From an uncultured Prevotella sp. (GTDB lineage Bacteria > Bacteroidota > Bacteroidia > Bacteroidales > Bacteroidaceae): a stretch of 64,000 nt of DNA. Location of the stretch: positions 44,868 to 108,867 of the forward strand of contig OMXK01000003.1 of the NCBI GenBank assembly GCA_900314995.1, read 5' to 3'. This document shows positions 47,775-57,920 of the stretch, in pieces (position 1 is the first letter of the stretch; every line of letters begins with the position of its first letter). The notes beneath the pieces are model-generated. The model was not told where the DNA came from. It searched no databases and worked only from the letters and a program-made list of their open reading frames with translations. The translations under genes and the position numbers were made by a program.

Positions 47775-49397
47775 ATGACTCAAACGATTCAAAAGACTCT
47801 GCGCGATTCTGCTGCTATGCGGTGGACGGCGTTGCTGCTACTTGCCCTGGCGATGTTCTGCAGCTATATTTTTATGGATATCCTCTCACCTATCAAAGAC
47901 CTGATGCAGGAAACCCGTGGTTGGGACTCCACAGCCTTCGGTACGATGCAAGGCTCAGAGGTGTTCCTCAACGTATTCGTATTCTTCCTAATCTTCGCCG
48001 GTATCATCCTCGACAAGATGGGTGTCCGATTTACTGCGGTTTTGTCTGCGGCGGTCATGCTTGTCGGAGCTTGTGTAAAGTGGTATGCTGTGAGCGAGAG
48101 TTTCGTGGGAACCGGACTAGAGGCTTGGTTTAACAACAACCTGAATTATATTCCCATCTTCGATGAACTAGGCGTTTCGCCTTTCTATGAGGGGATGCCT
48201 GCTTCTGCCAAATTTGCAGCCTGTGGCTTTATGATTTTCGGTTGTGGCTGCGAGATGTGTGGCATTACCGTCAGTCGTGGTATCGTCAAGTGGTTCAAAG
48301 GCCGTGAGATGGCACTTGCCATGGGTTCTGAAATGGCTTTGGCTCGTCTGGGTGTTGCCACTTGTATGATCTTCTCACCATTCTTTGCTCGTCTGGGCGG
48401 AGAAGTTTCTGTTAGTCGCTCTGTTGCCTTCGGTGTGGTATTGATGTGTATCGCCCTGATGATGACAATCGTCTATTTCTTCATGGATCAGAAGTTGGAT
48501 GCTCAGACCGGTGAGGCTGAGGAGAAAGATGATCCTTTCAAGATCAGCGATCTGGGAAAGATTCTAACGGATGCTGGTTTCTGGATTGTGGCGCTGCTCT
48601 GTGTGCTCTATTATTCTGCCATTTTCCCCTTCCAGAAATATGCGGTAAATATGTTGCAGTGTAACCTCACATTGACAGCACCTGATGCTGATTCGTTCTG
48701 GGCCTCTTCGAGCGTTACGATTGTACAGTATATCATCATGCTCATTGTAGCTGCAGCTGGTTTCGCCAGCAATTTCCAGAAGAAAGTGAATCTGAAGTAT
48801 GGACTGCTGGCCATTTCGGTCATTGCACTTATCACATATTGCTATATGGGCTACATGCGTCAGTCGGCAGAGAGCATCTTCGCTGTATTCCCCTTGTTGG
48901 CTGTGCTGATAACACCGATTCTAGGTAGTTATCTCGACCATCATGGCAAAGCTGCGTCTATGCTCGTATTAGGTTCTGTGCTGCTGATTGCATGCCATCT
49001 GACATTTGCTTTTGTATTACCAGCATTCAAGGGTAGTCCTGTTGGAGGTATCATCATTGCCTATGCCACGATTCTAGTGTTGGGTGCATCATTTTCTCTG
49101 GTACCTGCCTCTCTCTGGCCTTCAGTACCTAAACTGGTGGATGCCAAGGTGATTGGATCGGCCTATGCTCTTATCTTCTGGATCCAGAATATCGGTCTGT
49201 GGTTGTTCCCGCTGCTCATTGGCAAGGTGCTCGACCAGACTAATCCTGGTGTCACGGATCCCACTCAATTCGACTATACGGCTCCACTCGTAATGCTTGC
49301 CTGCCTGGGCGTAGCAGCATTAGTGCTTGGCTTTGTACTGAAGGTGGTAGACCGTAAGAAAGGCATTGGCCTTGAATTGCCAAATATAACGGAATAA
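47775..49397 (+). CDS. MFS transporter
   Basis: GIILDKMGVRF motif A, WFKGREMALAMG, ~14 TM. Confidence 0.9.
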   Translation: MTQTIQKTLRDSAAMRWTALLLLALAMFCSYIFMDILSPIKDLMQETRGWDSTAFGTMQGSEVFLNVFVFFLIFAGIILDKMGVRFTAVLSAAVMLVGACVKWYAVSESFVGTGLEAWFNNNLNYIPIFDELGVSPFYEGMPASAKFAACGFMIFGCGCEMCGITVSRGIVKWFKGREMALAMGSEMALARLGVATCMIFSPFFARLGGEVSVSRSVAFGVVLMCIALMMTIVYFFMDQKLDAQTGEAEEKDDPFKISDLGKILTDAGFWIVALLCVLYYSAIFPFQKYAVNMLQCNLTLTAPDADSFWASSSVTIVQYIIMLIVAAAGFASNFQKKVNLKYGLLAISVIALITYCYMGYMRQSAESIFAVFPLLAVLITPILGSYLDHHGKAASMLVLGSVLLIACHLTFAFVLPAFKGSPVGGIIIAYATILVLGASFSLVPASLWPSVPKLVDAKVIGSAYALIFWIQNIGLWLFPLLIGKVLDQTNPGVTDPTQFDYTAPLVMLACLGVAALVLGFVLKVVDRKKGIGLELPNITE

Positions 49398-49407
49398 AAC
49401 GACTATT

Positions 49408-50871
49408 ATGAAAATAGGATTCGACAACGACAAATATCTTAAGATCCAGTCCGAACATATCAAGGAGCGTATTGCCCAGTTTGACGGCAAGCTCTATATG
49501 GAGTTAGGTGGAAAGCTCTTTGATGACCACCATGCTTCACGTGTCCTGCCAGGATTCAAGCCCGATAGTAAGTTGCGCATGCTAGCTCAGTTACGTGATA
49601 GCATCGAGATTATCATCGTGGTTAGTGCGGAGGATATTGAAAAGAACAAGATCCGGGCCGATCTGGGAATCACTTATGATGAGGACGTACTCCGTTTGCG
49701 TGACGAGTTCATGAGTCGAAACTTCATGGTAGGCAGTGTAGTGATTACCCACTATAATGGTCAGCATGCAGCCGACCAGTTCCGTCATCGCCTTGAGCGT
49801 ATGGGAATCAAGTCGTATATCCACTACCCCATCGATGGCTATCCCCACAACGTGGAACTGATTGCAAGTGATGAGGGTTTTGGTAAGAACGACTATGTGG
49901 TCACCAGTCGTCCATTGGTTATTGTCACGGCTCCTGGCCCAGGCAGCGGCAAGATGGCCACCTGCCTGTCGCAGCTTTACAATGAGAATAAGCGCGGCAT
50001 TCGAGCTGGCTATGCTAAGTTCGAGACCTTTCCCGTATGGAATCTGCCACTAAAGCATCCAGTGAATATCGCCTACGAGGCCGCTACTGCAGACCTGAAC
50101 GATGTGAATATGATTGACCCATTCCACCTTGAGGCATACAACAAGACTGCAGTAAACTATAATCGCGACATTGAAATCTTCCCTGTGTTGAACGCACTCT
50201 TCGAGGGTATCTACGGTGAGAATCCTTACAAGTCGCCCACGGATATGGGAGTGAATATGATCGGTTTCTGCATCAGCGATGATGAAGTGTGCTGCAAAGC
50301 TTCGAAAGATGAAATTATCCGTCGCTTTTACGATGCCACCAATAAGATGGCCGAAGGTGCTGACAATGAGAGCGAGGTGAATAAGATACGTATGCTCTTC
50401 AATCAGGCAAAGATTACAACTGCTTTCCGACCTGTGACGACAGCTGCCTATGAGAAGAAACTGGAAACTGGTCACACTGCAGCAGCCATCGAACTGGAAG
50501 ACGGTACCATCATTACGTCAAAATCATCACCCCTGCTGGGCTGTAGTGCTGCCTTATTGCTTAATGCCACAAAACACCTTGCAGGAATCGACCATGAAGC
50601 CAAACTCATTCCACAGAGTCTGATTGAACCTATTCAGAAGACTAAGATTGAATATCTGGGAGGAAAGAACCCACGTCTGCATACCGATGAAGTACTGGTA
50701 GCACTATCTGTACTCTCTAACGACGACGAGAATTGCCGTAAGGCTCTCGAAAAACTGCCACTTCTGCGTGGATGTCAAGTTCACTCGACAGTCATGCTCT
50801 CAGAGGTTGACCGCAAGATATTCAAGAAACTGGGGTGTGGACTGACTTGCGATCCTGTAAGAAAGATTTAA
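49408..50871 (+). CDS. DUF1846 (UPF0371) protein
   Basis: MKIGFDNDKYL, LYMELGGKLFDDHHASRVLPGF, APGPGSGKMATCLSQLY, AKFETFP. Confidence 0.92.
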   Translation: MKIGFDNDKYLKIQSEHIKERIAQFDGKLYMELGGKLFDDHHASRVLPGFKPDSKLRMLAQLRDSIEIIIVVSAEDIEKNKIRADLGITYDEDVLRLRDEFMSRNFMVGSVVITHYNGQHAADQFRHRLERMGIKSYIHYPIDGYPHNVELIASDEGFGKNDYVVTSRPLVIVTAPGPGSGKMATCLSQLYNENKRGIRAGYAKFETFPVWNLPLKHPVNIAYEAATADLNDVNMIDPFHLEAYNKTAVNYNRDIEIFPVLNALFEGIYGENPYKSPTDMGVNMIGFCISDDEVCCKASKDEIIRRFYDATNKMAEGADNESEVNKIRMLFNQAKITTAFRPVTTAAYEKKLETGHTAAAIELEDGTIITSKSSPLLGCSAALLLNATKHLAGIDHEAKLIPQSLIEPIQKTKIEYLGGKNPRLHTDEVLVALSVLSNDDENCRKALEKLPLLRGCQVHSTVMLSEVDRKIFKKLGCGLTCDPVRKI

Positions 50872-50878
50872 GATTCTG

Positions 50879-52219
50879 ATGGCAGAGGCAATCCGACAAC
50901 GGTTGAACGACACCCCTTTCGCCAGATGGACGGTACTCTTCATCGTGGCTACAGCCATGATGATGGGGTATTTTGTCAATGATGTGATGTCGCCACTGGA
51001 GACATTGTTAGAGGCTCCTCGCAGTCAGGGCGGACTTGGTTGGACACCATCCGACTATGGATTCTTTTCAGGTGCAGGCAGTTTTATCAATGTATTCTTG
51101 TTAATGCTCTTCTTCTCAGGACTGATTCTTGACAAGATGGGCATCCGGTTCACAGGTTTACTGGCCTGTAGTTTGATGGTCATAGGAACATTGTTGAAAC
51201 TCTATGGTGTCACTACTGACTTTGGTTCAGCCGAGATGACGGTATTCGGTTTTCAGCTGCCCATGTCGGTGACTGTTGCATCATTGGGATTTTCTGTATT
51301 CGGTGTGGGGTATGAGATGACGGGCATCACCGTATCAAAAGCGATGGTACGTTGGTTCACTGGGCATGAGCTGGCATTGGCTATGGGCATTCAGTTGGCC
51401 ATGGCCCGTCTGGGGACAGCTGCTGCACTGAGTATCTCTGCTCCTATCGCACGCCATTTCACCCTCTCAATGCCATTGCTTGTTTCGCTGGCATTCCTAA
51501 TGATTGGTCTGCTGGCATTCCTTGTGTTCTGTGTGATGGATCGCAAACTGGATTCTTCGACTCATAGTGAGACGGCAAATTCTGAAGAATTCCGTTTCTC
51601 CGATATCGGCATGACGCTTCGCAATCCTGGTTTTTGGTTGATCACGCTCTTTTGCGTTCTTTTCTATTCTGCCGTTTCGCCATTCTTGAAATTCTCAACC
51701 AAACTGATGGTCATGAAATATGGTGTCGATCCAGATATTGCAGGTTTCTTCTCGAGTATTGCCCCTTTTGGTACGATACTGATGACGCCACTGTTCGGAC
51801 TTGTGTATGATCGCTACGGCAAGGGTGTTACATTAGTTATCACAGGTGCCCTGATGCTCACAGCAGTCCATTTCGGCTTCTCGCTGCCCATGCACTCTTC
51901 AACGATAGCCATCGCCTTAATGGTCATTCTCAGTGTCGGCTATTCTTTGGCACCTGCAGCCTTGTGGCCTTGTGTACCAAAGATTATCCCTCTGAAATGT
52001 CTCGGAACTGCCTATTCCATGATTTTCTTCATCCAGAATTTTGGGCGTGCAATCATCCCGATGTTTGTAGGACGTGCCAACGAGACTGATCCCAGCTATA
52101 CTACATCAATGCTTATCTTCGGTTTTACGGCCCTAGGAGCGGCACTCATCGCCATCGCCATGTTGTTGGTTGATCGACAGAAGGGTTACGGACTGCAACT
52201 ACCTAACATAAAAAAGTGA
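50879..52219 (+). CDS. MFS transporter; paralog of 47775-49397
   Basis: GLILDKMGIRF, WFTGHELALAMG, LWPCVPK; 12 TM. Confidence 0.9.
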   Translation: MAEAIRQRLNDTPFARWTVLFIVATAMMMGYFVNDVMSPLETLLEAPRSQGGLGWTPSDYGFFSGAGSFINVFLLMLFFSGLILDKMGIRFTGLLACSLMVIGTLLKLYGVTTDFGSAEMTVFGFQLPMSVTVASLGFSVFGVGYEMTGITVSKAMVRWFTGHELALAMGIQLAMARLGTAAALSISAPIARHFTLSMPLLVSLAFLMIGLLAFLVFCVMDRKLDSSTHSETANSEEFRFSDIGMTLRNPGFWLITLFCVLFYSAVSPFLKFSTKLMVMKYGVDPDIAGFFSSIAPFGTILMTPLFGLVYDRYGKGVTLVITGALMLTAVHFGFSLPMHSSTIAIALMVILSVGYSLAPAALWPCVPKIIPLKCLGTAYSMIFFIQNFGRAIIPMFVGRANETDPSYTTSMLIFGFTALGAALIAIAMLLVDRQKGYGLQLPNIKK

Positions 52220-53988
52220 CAAACATGAAGATTGGATCAATCCTAACTAAAAGTATCAACTATTTGGTAACACCTATCGTTTGGAACCTCCCCTTATTTC
52301 TCATCTCAATTCTGATGCTGGGCGGTTTTGACATGCTCTATTATCAGCATCTGTACCATGAATACGAAATAAGTGAGATTTTGTCGGGATATGCAGAAAT
52401 GGTTTTCATGGCGTACATTATTAATATCGTCTGTTATCTGCTACGCAAGATACACTTCCATATCTTTGTCTATCTTGTCCTGTTCATTATCTATATCGTC
52501 AATTTCTATCTCAGGTATTCTTTCGGAACAGATATCTCACCCAAGATTCTTCTGCTGGTATTTGAGACGAACCCCAAGGAGGTGTCCGGGTTCTTCAAGA
52601 CCTATCTGATGACAGACGGGATGTACAAGACAATAGGTGCATTTGTGATTGTGGTGACTTCCATCATCCTTGGAGAGCGCTTGAAGAATCGAATCCGCCA
52701 AATGGTAAATAAACCGGTATTTTTAGTTTTGCTGACAATCATTGTGCTCTTTGGTGTCATCGGCGGAGCCAGTGCTTTGGGCAGATATACGAGTCTGACA
52801 ATGTGCAAAGATACCTATGAGGCTGAGCGATGGCTGATGAAGATTCCTTTCCGCAAGGGCATGCCCATGCCCAATTTCTGCTATTCCATCAATGCCATAC
52901 GGATGTCGGGCGAGGATCTCAATCACATGATCAAGGCCACCAGCGAGGCACTTAAGGATGTCAGTTGCACCACTACTGATTCGTTGAACATTGTCTTGGT
53001 AATTGGAGAGTCGTATAATAAGTATCATGCCAGTCTATATGGCTATGATCTCGATACCACGCCCTACCAGTGTGCTGAGGCTGCCAAGGGTAATCTCTTC
53101 GCCTTCAACAAAGTCAAGGCACCGCACAATCAGACCAGCATTGTGCTGAAAAACGTACTCTGCTGTAATAACATCCACGAGGGTGAGCGGTGGTACCATT
53201 CACCTTATTTCCCTGCTTTTTTCAAAAAAGCAGGCTATGGTGTCTGGCTCTGGGACAACCAATACAAATGGGATGAGAATGCTGCATGGGCCTTTACTCT
53301 GAACTCCGTTATGTTCAACGACTCGATTATGAAAATGTCGTATAACGATGTCAACAAGACCTGTGCACCTTATGACGGAGAACTTATTACTGCTTTCAAA
53401 GAGGAAAAGTACAAGGATCTTGGCTCGCGTAACTTGCTGATATTCCATCTTGCAGGACAGCATTTTTTGGCAAAGAACCAATATCCCCAAGAGAAGAAAT
53501 ACGATGTCTTCTCAGCCAAGGACGTCAAAAACACGGCTTCCTATCTGAATGCAGAGAGCCGTCAGCGTATTGCAGAATATGCCAATGCCACCCGCTATAA
53601 CGATGAAGTAATCCATCAGATCATCGAGATGGTACGCCATACGAACAGCCTTTTGATTTATTTTCCTGATCATGGCGAAGAAGTCTATGACTACCGCGAT
53701 TTCTACGGACGACAGATTTTCAGTGAAGATCGGATTACCGACGATTTGATCAAATACCAACTGGAAATTCCCTTCGTGGTGTGGTGCTCTGATAGCTGGA
53801 AAGAAAAGCATCCACAGGAATACGAGAACATCAAACTGGCCATTGACAGAGTGTTTACGACTGATAACATCTGTCACCTGTTGTTCCGTTTGGCAGGAAT
53901 CAAGACCAAGGAGTACAAATCAACAAGAGACCTGCTCAGCCCTGATTTCGAGCCCCAGACAAAGGCTTACGACATCACTTCACTGTAG
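52216..53988 (+). CDS. Phosphoethanolamine transferase (EptA/sulfatase-like family)
   Basis: N-terminal TMs, VLVIGES, catalytic Thr region (QTSIVL), HLAGQH, YND, DHGEE; start GTG 52216 or ATG 52225. Confidence 0.88.
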   Translation: MTNMKIGSILTKSINYLVTPIVWNLPLFLISILMLGGFDMLYYQHLYHEYEISEILSGYAEMVFMAYIINIVCYLLRKIHFHIFVYLVLFIIYIVNFYLRYSFGTDISPKILLLVFETNPKEVSGFFKTYLMTDGMYKTIGAFVIVVTSIILGERLKNRIRQMVNKPVFLVLLTIIVLFGVIGGASALGRYTSLTMCKDTYEAERWLMKIPFRKGMPMPNFCYSINAIRMSGEDLNHMIKATSEALKDVSCTTTDSLNIVLVIGESYNKYHASLYGYDLDTTPYQCAEAAKGNLFAFNKVKAPHNQTSIVLKNVLCCNNIHEGERWYHSPYFPAFFKKAGYGVWLWDNQYKWDENAAWAFTLNSVMFNDSIMKMSYNDVNKTCAPYDGELITAFKEEKYKDLGSRNLLIFHLAGQHFLAKNQYPQEKKYDVFSAKDVKNTASYLNAESRQRIAEYANATRYNDEVIHQIIEMVRHTNSLLIYFPDHGEEVYDYRDFYGRQIFSEDRITDDLIKYQLEIPFVVWCSDSWKEKHPQEYENIKLAIDRVFTTDNICHLLFRLAGIKTKEYKSTRDLLSPDFEPQTKAYDITSL

Positions 53989-54003
53989 CCAGTTCTTTCC
54001 TCA

Positions 54004-54024
54004 GGATGACATCCTATGTCACCC
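54004..54024 (-). terminator. Weak hairpin between convergent eptA-like and EEP genes
   Basis: ggatgacat-cct-atgtcaccc; no clear U-tract. Confidence 0.3.
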
Positions 54025-54037
54025 AGTCTGTAAAACA

Positions 54038-54976
54038 CTACTCATCCATGCGAAAGCGGACTACCAAGGGGAGATGGTCGCTATAGCCACGCTGATAGCG
54101 CATACCATTGTAAGTCCGGCGGGGCTTATAGCCACCGTATTGAGAATCTTCTTCTAACAGGAACAAGGGGGCATGAACAAAGGCTGTATCTACTTTATTA
54201 GCGATACTTGGACTGCCAAAAACATGATCGATGCTGTCCCATTTACCCTTATAACGATAGGTACCCCTCACGTCATGGTCACCTTGTGCCTCTTGGGTAA
54301 GACTGTGCATGTCTCTCTCATGGAGACCATCGAATACAGGACTGTCAGACGTGTCGTTGAAATCACCAGTGATCAAAATCTTAGCCTCTGGAGAGAGGTT
54401 ACGGACTGAGTCTACCGAAGCACATAGCCGATCCATTGCAGTCTGACGAAAAGGACGACTATATTTTTCCCCACCATGACGACTCGGTGCATGAACGACA
54501 AACACATGCAGGGTATCACCTGACTGGATCTGCCCACAGACATAAAGGATATCACGCGTTGCACGCATATTCTCTATCGGTTCGATGCGTAAGCGATTCG
54601 TTCTGATTGGCGAGAAGGTAAAGGGCGAATACAACAGCGCCACATCGATACCACGGGCATCAGGTGATGTGGTCATCAAATATTCATAACCGGCATTACG
54701 CAAAAGCGAACGTTTCGTCAGATCCTTCATCGCCGTGTCGTTCTCTACCTCACAGAGAGCTATCAGGTCAGGAATACCGTCATCAGAGACTGAAAGAATG
54801 GTCTGAGCCACACTGTTCACCTTACGCCAATAGCGTTTCTTTGTCCAGTGGCGCGTAGCATCGGGCAGAAATTCCTCGTCCTGCTTACCATCATCATGAA
54901 GGTAATCAAACAGATTCTCACAGTTCAATTCTACTAATGTGAAGAATCCGGAAAGTAACAAGCTGAGAAACATCAT
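54038..54976 (-). CDS. Endonuclease/exonuclease/phosphatase family protein
   Basis: NCENLFD, DLIALCEVEN, GIDVALLY, GDFND, DHVF, GYSDHLP; ATG 54976 overlaps the nhaC stop (ATGA). Confidence 0.88.
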   Translation of the reverse strand: MMFLSLLLSGFFTLVELNCENLFDYLHDDGKQDEEFLPDATRHWTKKRYWRKVNSVAQTILSVSDDGIPDLIALCEVENDTAMKDLTKRSLLRNAGYEYLMTTSPDARGIDVALLYSPFTFSPIRTNRLRIEPIENMRATRDILYVCGQIQSGDTLHVFVVHAPSRHGGEKYSRPFRQTAMDRLCASVDSVRNLSPEAKILITGDFNDTSDSPVFDGLHERDMHSLTQEAQGDHDVRGTYRYKGKWDSIDHVFGSPSIANKVDTAFVHAPLFLLEEDSQYGGYKPRRTYNGMRYQRGYSDHLPLVVRFRMDE

Positions 54977-56385
54977 GACTGCTTTACCTTTTTGATTTTC
55001 CAGCCTATGGCAGCAACGACAATACTGGTAACTGGCGACAGGTAATTGAAGAAGCAATATGGCAGATAGGTCAGCGTAGCCACGCCGAGCACTGTACTCT
55101 GTGTCAGGCCACAGGTATTCCATGGCACCAAAACAGAAGTTACTGTCGCACCATCTTCACACGAGCGGCTCAGCAGTCTGGCTTCGTAGCCACGTTCACG
55201 GTAGGTATCCTTGAACATCGAACTGGAGAGCATGATTGAGAGATACTGATCTGCTGTGGCGATATTGCAGAAGATAGCCGTCCCTACAGTTGAAGCCACC
55301 AACGATGCGGTGCCCTTAGCTAAGCGCAGGATCAGTCCCATGAGATCACGTAACTGCCCCGTTGCTGTCAGAGCCCCACCAAACGTCTGGGCACAGATAA
55401 TCAGCCAGATTGTCGGCATCATCCCCGACATGCCATTGGTATGCACCAGTTCGTTCAACACGGCGTTGCCTGTCTCGATATCTGTACTGCCATAGCACAC
55501 CTGCATCATACCTTTATATTGTGTGAGCAAGCCCGCTCCTTCTTCACCAGAAATCTGATGCACCAGCTGCGGTTGGACCAACAGCGCAACAATGACTGCG
55601 AGGAGGATGGCCAGGAACAACACCACCATCGAAGGCCATCTGCGGGCAATCATCACCCCTGTCAGTACAGGCACCAGCAGAAGCCACGGCGAGATGACAA
55701 ACGTTCGTTGCAGCCCCTCCATAAACTCCACCACATTGCCATGGCCAGAAACGTTCATCGTAAATCCGGCAATCAGGAAGATCGTGATCGAGATACAGAA
55801 TGTCGGTACGGTCGTAAAGAGCATATAGCGGATATGGGTGAATAGTGGTGTACCCGACACACTTGAGGCCAGTACCGTGGTATCCGATAGTGGAGAAAGC
55901 TTATCACCGAAATAGGCTCCCGTAATAATCGAACCGGCTATCCAGCCGTCATCGAATCCATGGGCCTTGCCGATACCCATCAGGGCCAGTCCAATCGTCG
56001 CCACTGTTGTCCATGACGAACCAATCATCAGACTGACGAGTGCACAGAGGATACTACTGCTCACGAGGAACACTTCCGGACGGATAATCTGCATACCATA
56101 GTAGATCATCGTCGGCACAATACCCGACACCATCCAGGTTCCACCGATGGCACCGATCAACAACAGGATGATGATGGCAGGTGTACAGCTGGCTATCTTG
56201 TCAGTTATTTCATTCTCCAGGTTCTCCCACTCCAGCCGTTTCGAGAAGTGTCCTACCACCACGCTGACAGCCGAGGCAGCCAGCAGTGACACCTGAGAGG
56301 CACCATCCAGTGTTGCGTTACCAAAAACGGCAACGCAACATGTTATCAGTACAATCAGTACCAGAAATGGGATAAACGACAGCAT
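54973..56385 (-). CDS. nhaC: Na+/H+ antiporter NhaC-family transporter
   Basis: GTWMVSGIVPTMIYYG, GSSWTT, GAYFGDKLSPLSDTT, SRSCEDGATVT, PWN. Confidence 0.85.
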   Translation of the reverse strand: MLSFIPFLVLIVLITCCVAVFGNATLDGASQVSLLAASAVSVVVGHFSKRLEWENLENEITDKIASCTPAIIILLLIGAIGGTWMVSGIVPTMIYYGMQIIRPEVFLVSSSILCALVSLMIGSSWTTVATIGLALMGIGKAHGFDDGWIAGSIITGAYFGDKLSPLSDTTVLASSVSGTPLFTHIRYMLFTTVPTFCISITIFLIAGFTMNVSGHGNVVEFMEGLQRTFVISPWLLLVPVLTGVMIARRWPSMVVLFLAILLAVIVALLVQPQLVHQISGEEGAGLLTQYKGMMQVCYGSTDIETGNAVLNELVHTNGMSGMMPTIWLIICAQTFGGALTATGQLRDLMGLILRLAKGTASLVASTVGTAIFCNIATADQYLSIMLSSSMFKDTYRERGYEARLLSRSCEDGATVTSVLVPWNTCGLTQSTVLGVATLTYLPYCFFNYLSPVTSIVVAAIGWKIKKVKQS

Positions 56386-57918
56386 CTAGCAGACCTTCTC
56401 GAGTCGTTTCATCATTGCGAACATGAAGACGGCAGCCACGAGGCAGACACCCAGGAAAACGCTCCAGCAAACCCAGAGAGGAACAGCTCCCCAAAGCAGA
56501 CCGCCTACGACAACGAGCTGGTTGCCGATAGCCGTAGCTACGAACCAGCCACCCATCATCATACCCTTATATTTGGGAGGTGCAACCTTAGATACAAAAG
56601 AAATACCCATCGGCGAAAGCAACAGCTCACCAAAGGTCAGCACCAGATAAACCGTAATCAGCAAGTTTGGTGTAACATCAGCCACATGAACAGCAACAGG
56701 GTTACCGTCAGCGCCCATCTCCGTCTGAGGCATCGGCAAGCCGAATGATGCAAAGGCCATCAGCGCATAGGCAATGGCTGCCACAATCATACCGTAAGCA
56801 ATCTTACGAGGGGCAGAAGGCTCCTTGCCCTTAGCTGCCAACGAACCGAAGATGGCCATCGAAACCGGAGTCAAAGCCACCACATAGAAGGGGTTGAACT
56901 GCTGGAAGATTGGAGCAGAGACTGTCACGCTGCCATCAGCGTCATACTGCAGGCAGAGGAAAGCCAGGGCCATACAGATAATCACGGCAGAGATGGCCTT
57001 GCCCTTGCCTGTCTTCGACTGGAACAGCGAGAACAGGGCATAGACGATAAAGATCACAGCCACGAGGTTCCATACATCGAAGCACATCGCCTGCAAGCCT
57101 TCAGCCGACTGAGCCGTAAACTCATCAGCGAAGTAAGTCAGTGACAGGCCATTCTGGTGGAAGGCCATCCAGAAGAAGATCACCACGGCAAACACGAGGC
57201 ACAAGGCCACGATGCGTTGCTTGGTCTCTTCTTTCGAGAGTTCAGGCTCCGAGCTGGCATCAGCCTTGGCAGCATCCTTCTTCGTTCCACCCTCCGTATG
57301 ACGGAACGTACTGCGGAACATGTAATAGATGGCAATGGAGAGAATCAGCGAAGCACAGGCCACTGCAAACGAGAAGTGGTAGGCGTCATTGCTGGAATAC
57401 CCCAAGGATACCTCAGCATACTCCTTAATCTTAATGGCAGCGGTAGGTGCAAACAGCGCACCGATGTTGATGGCCATATAGAAGATAGAAAAACCTGCAT
57501 CGCGCTTGTCCTTGTACTTCGGATCATTATACAGATCACCCACCATCACCTGGAGGTTACCCTTGAAAAGACCAGTACCTAAGCCGATAAGCAACAGGGC
57601 TGCCAGCATCACGACCAGTGCCACGCTGTCGCCGCCCAGAGGCACCGACAAGAGCAGATAGCCACCGAACATGATGATGATACCCGTGGTGACCATCTTT
57701 CCGAAACCGAACTTATCGGCCATGATACCACCAATCAGCGGGAGGAAATACACCAGCATAAGGAATGAACTGTAGATTGTACCAGCCAGTGCGGGCGACA
57801 ATCCGTAATTGGCTCTCAGAAACAGAGCAAAAACGGCGAGCATCGTGTAATAGCCGAAACGCTCACCTGTGTTGGCCAATGCCAACGCGAATAATCCTTT
57901 AGGTTGTCCTTCGAACAT
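56386..57918 (-). CDS. Proton-dependent oligopeptide (POT/PTR2) transporter
   Basis: GERFGYY (ExxERFxYY variant), GLFKGN, FYMAINIGA, FQQFNP, GELLLSPMGISFVSKVAP. Confidence 0.92.
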   Translation of the reverse strand: MFEGQPKGLFALALANTGERFGYYTMLAVFALFLRANYGLSPALAGTIYSSFLMLVYFLPLIGGIMADKFGFGKMVTTGIIIMFGGYLLLSVPLGGDSVALVVMLAALLLIGLGTGLFKGNLQVMVGDLYNDPKYKDKRDAGFSIFYMAINIGALFAPTAAIKIKEYAEVSLGYSSNDAYHFSFAVACASLILSIAIYYMFRSTFRHTEGGTKKDAAKADASSEPELSKEETKQRIVALCLVFAVVIFFWMAFHQNGLSLTYFADEFTAQSAEGLQAMCFDVWNLVAVIFIVYALFSLFQSKTGKGKAISAVIICMALAFLCLQYDADGSVTVSAPIFQQFNPFYVVALTPVSMAIFGSLAAKGKEPSAPRKIAYGMIVAAIAYALMAFASFGLPMPQTEMGADGNPVAVHVADVTPNLLITVYLVLTFGELLLSPMGISFVSKVAPPKYKGMMMGGWFVATAIGNQLVVVGGLLWGAVPLWVCWSVFLGVCLVAAVFMFAMMKRLEKVC

Positions 57919-57920
57919 AC

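Noticed and set aside
54977-55123. N-terminal extension of the EEP ORF in the ORF track
   Set aside because: Overlaps the nhaC 3' end; the ATGA-coupled start at 54976 gives a normal hydrophobic N-terminus
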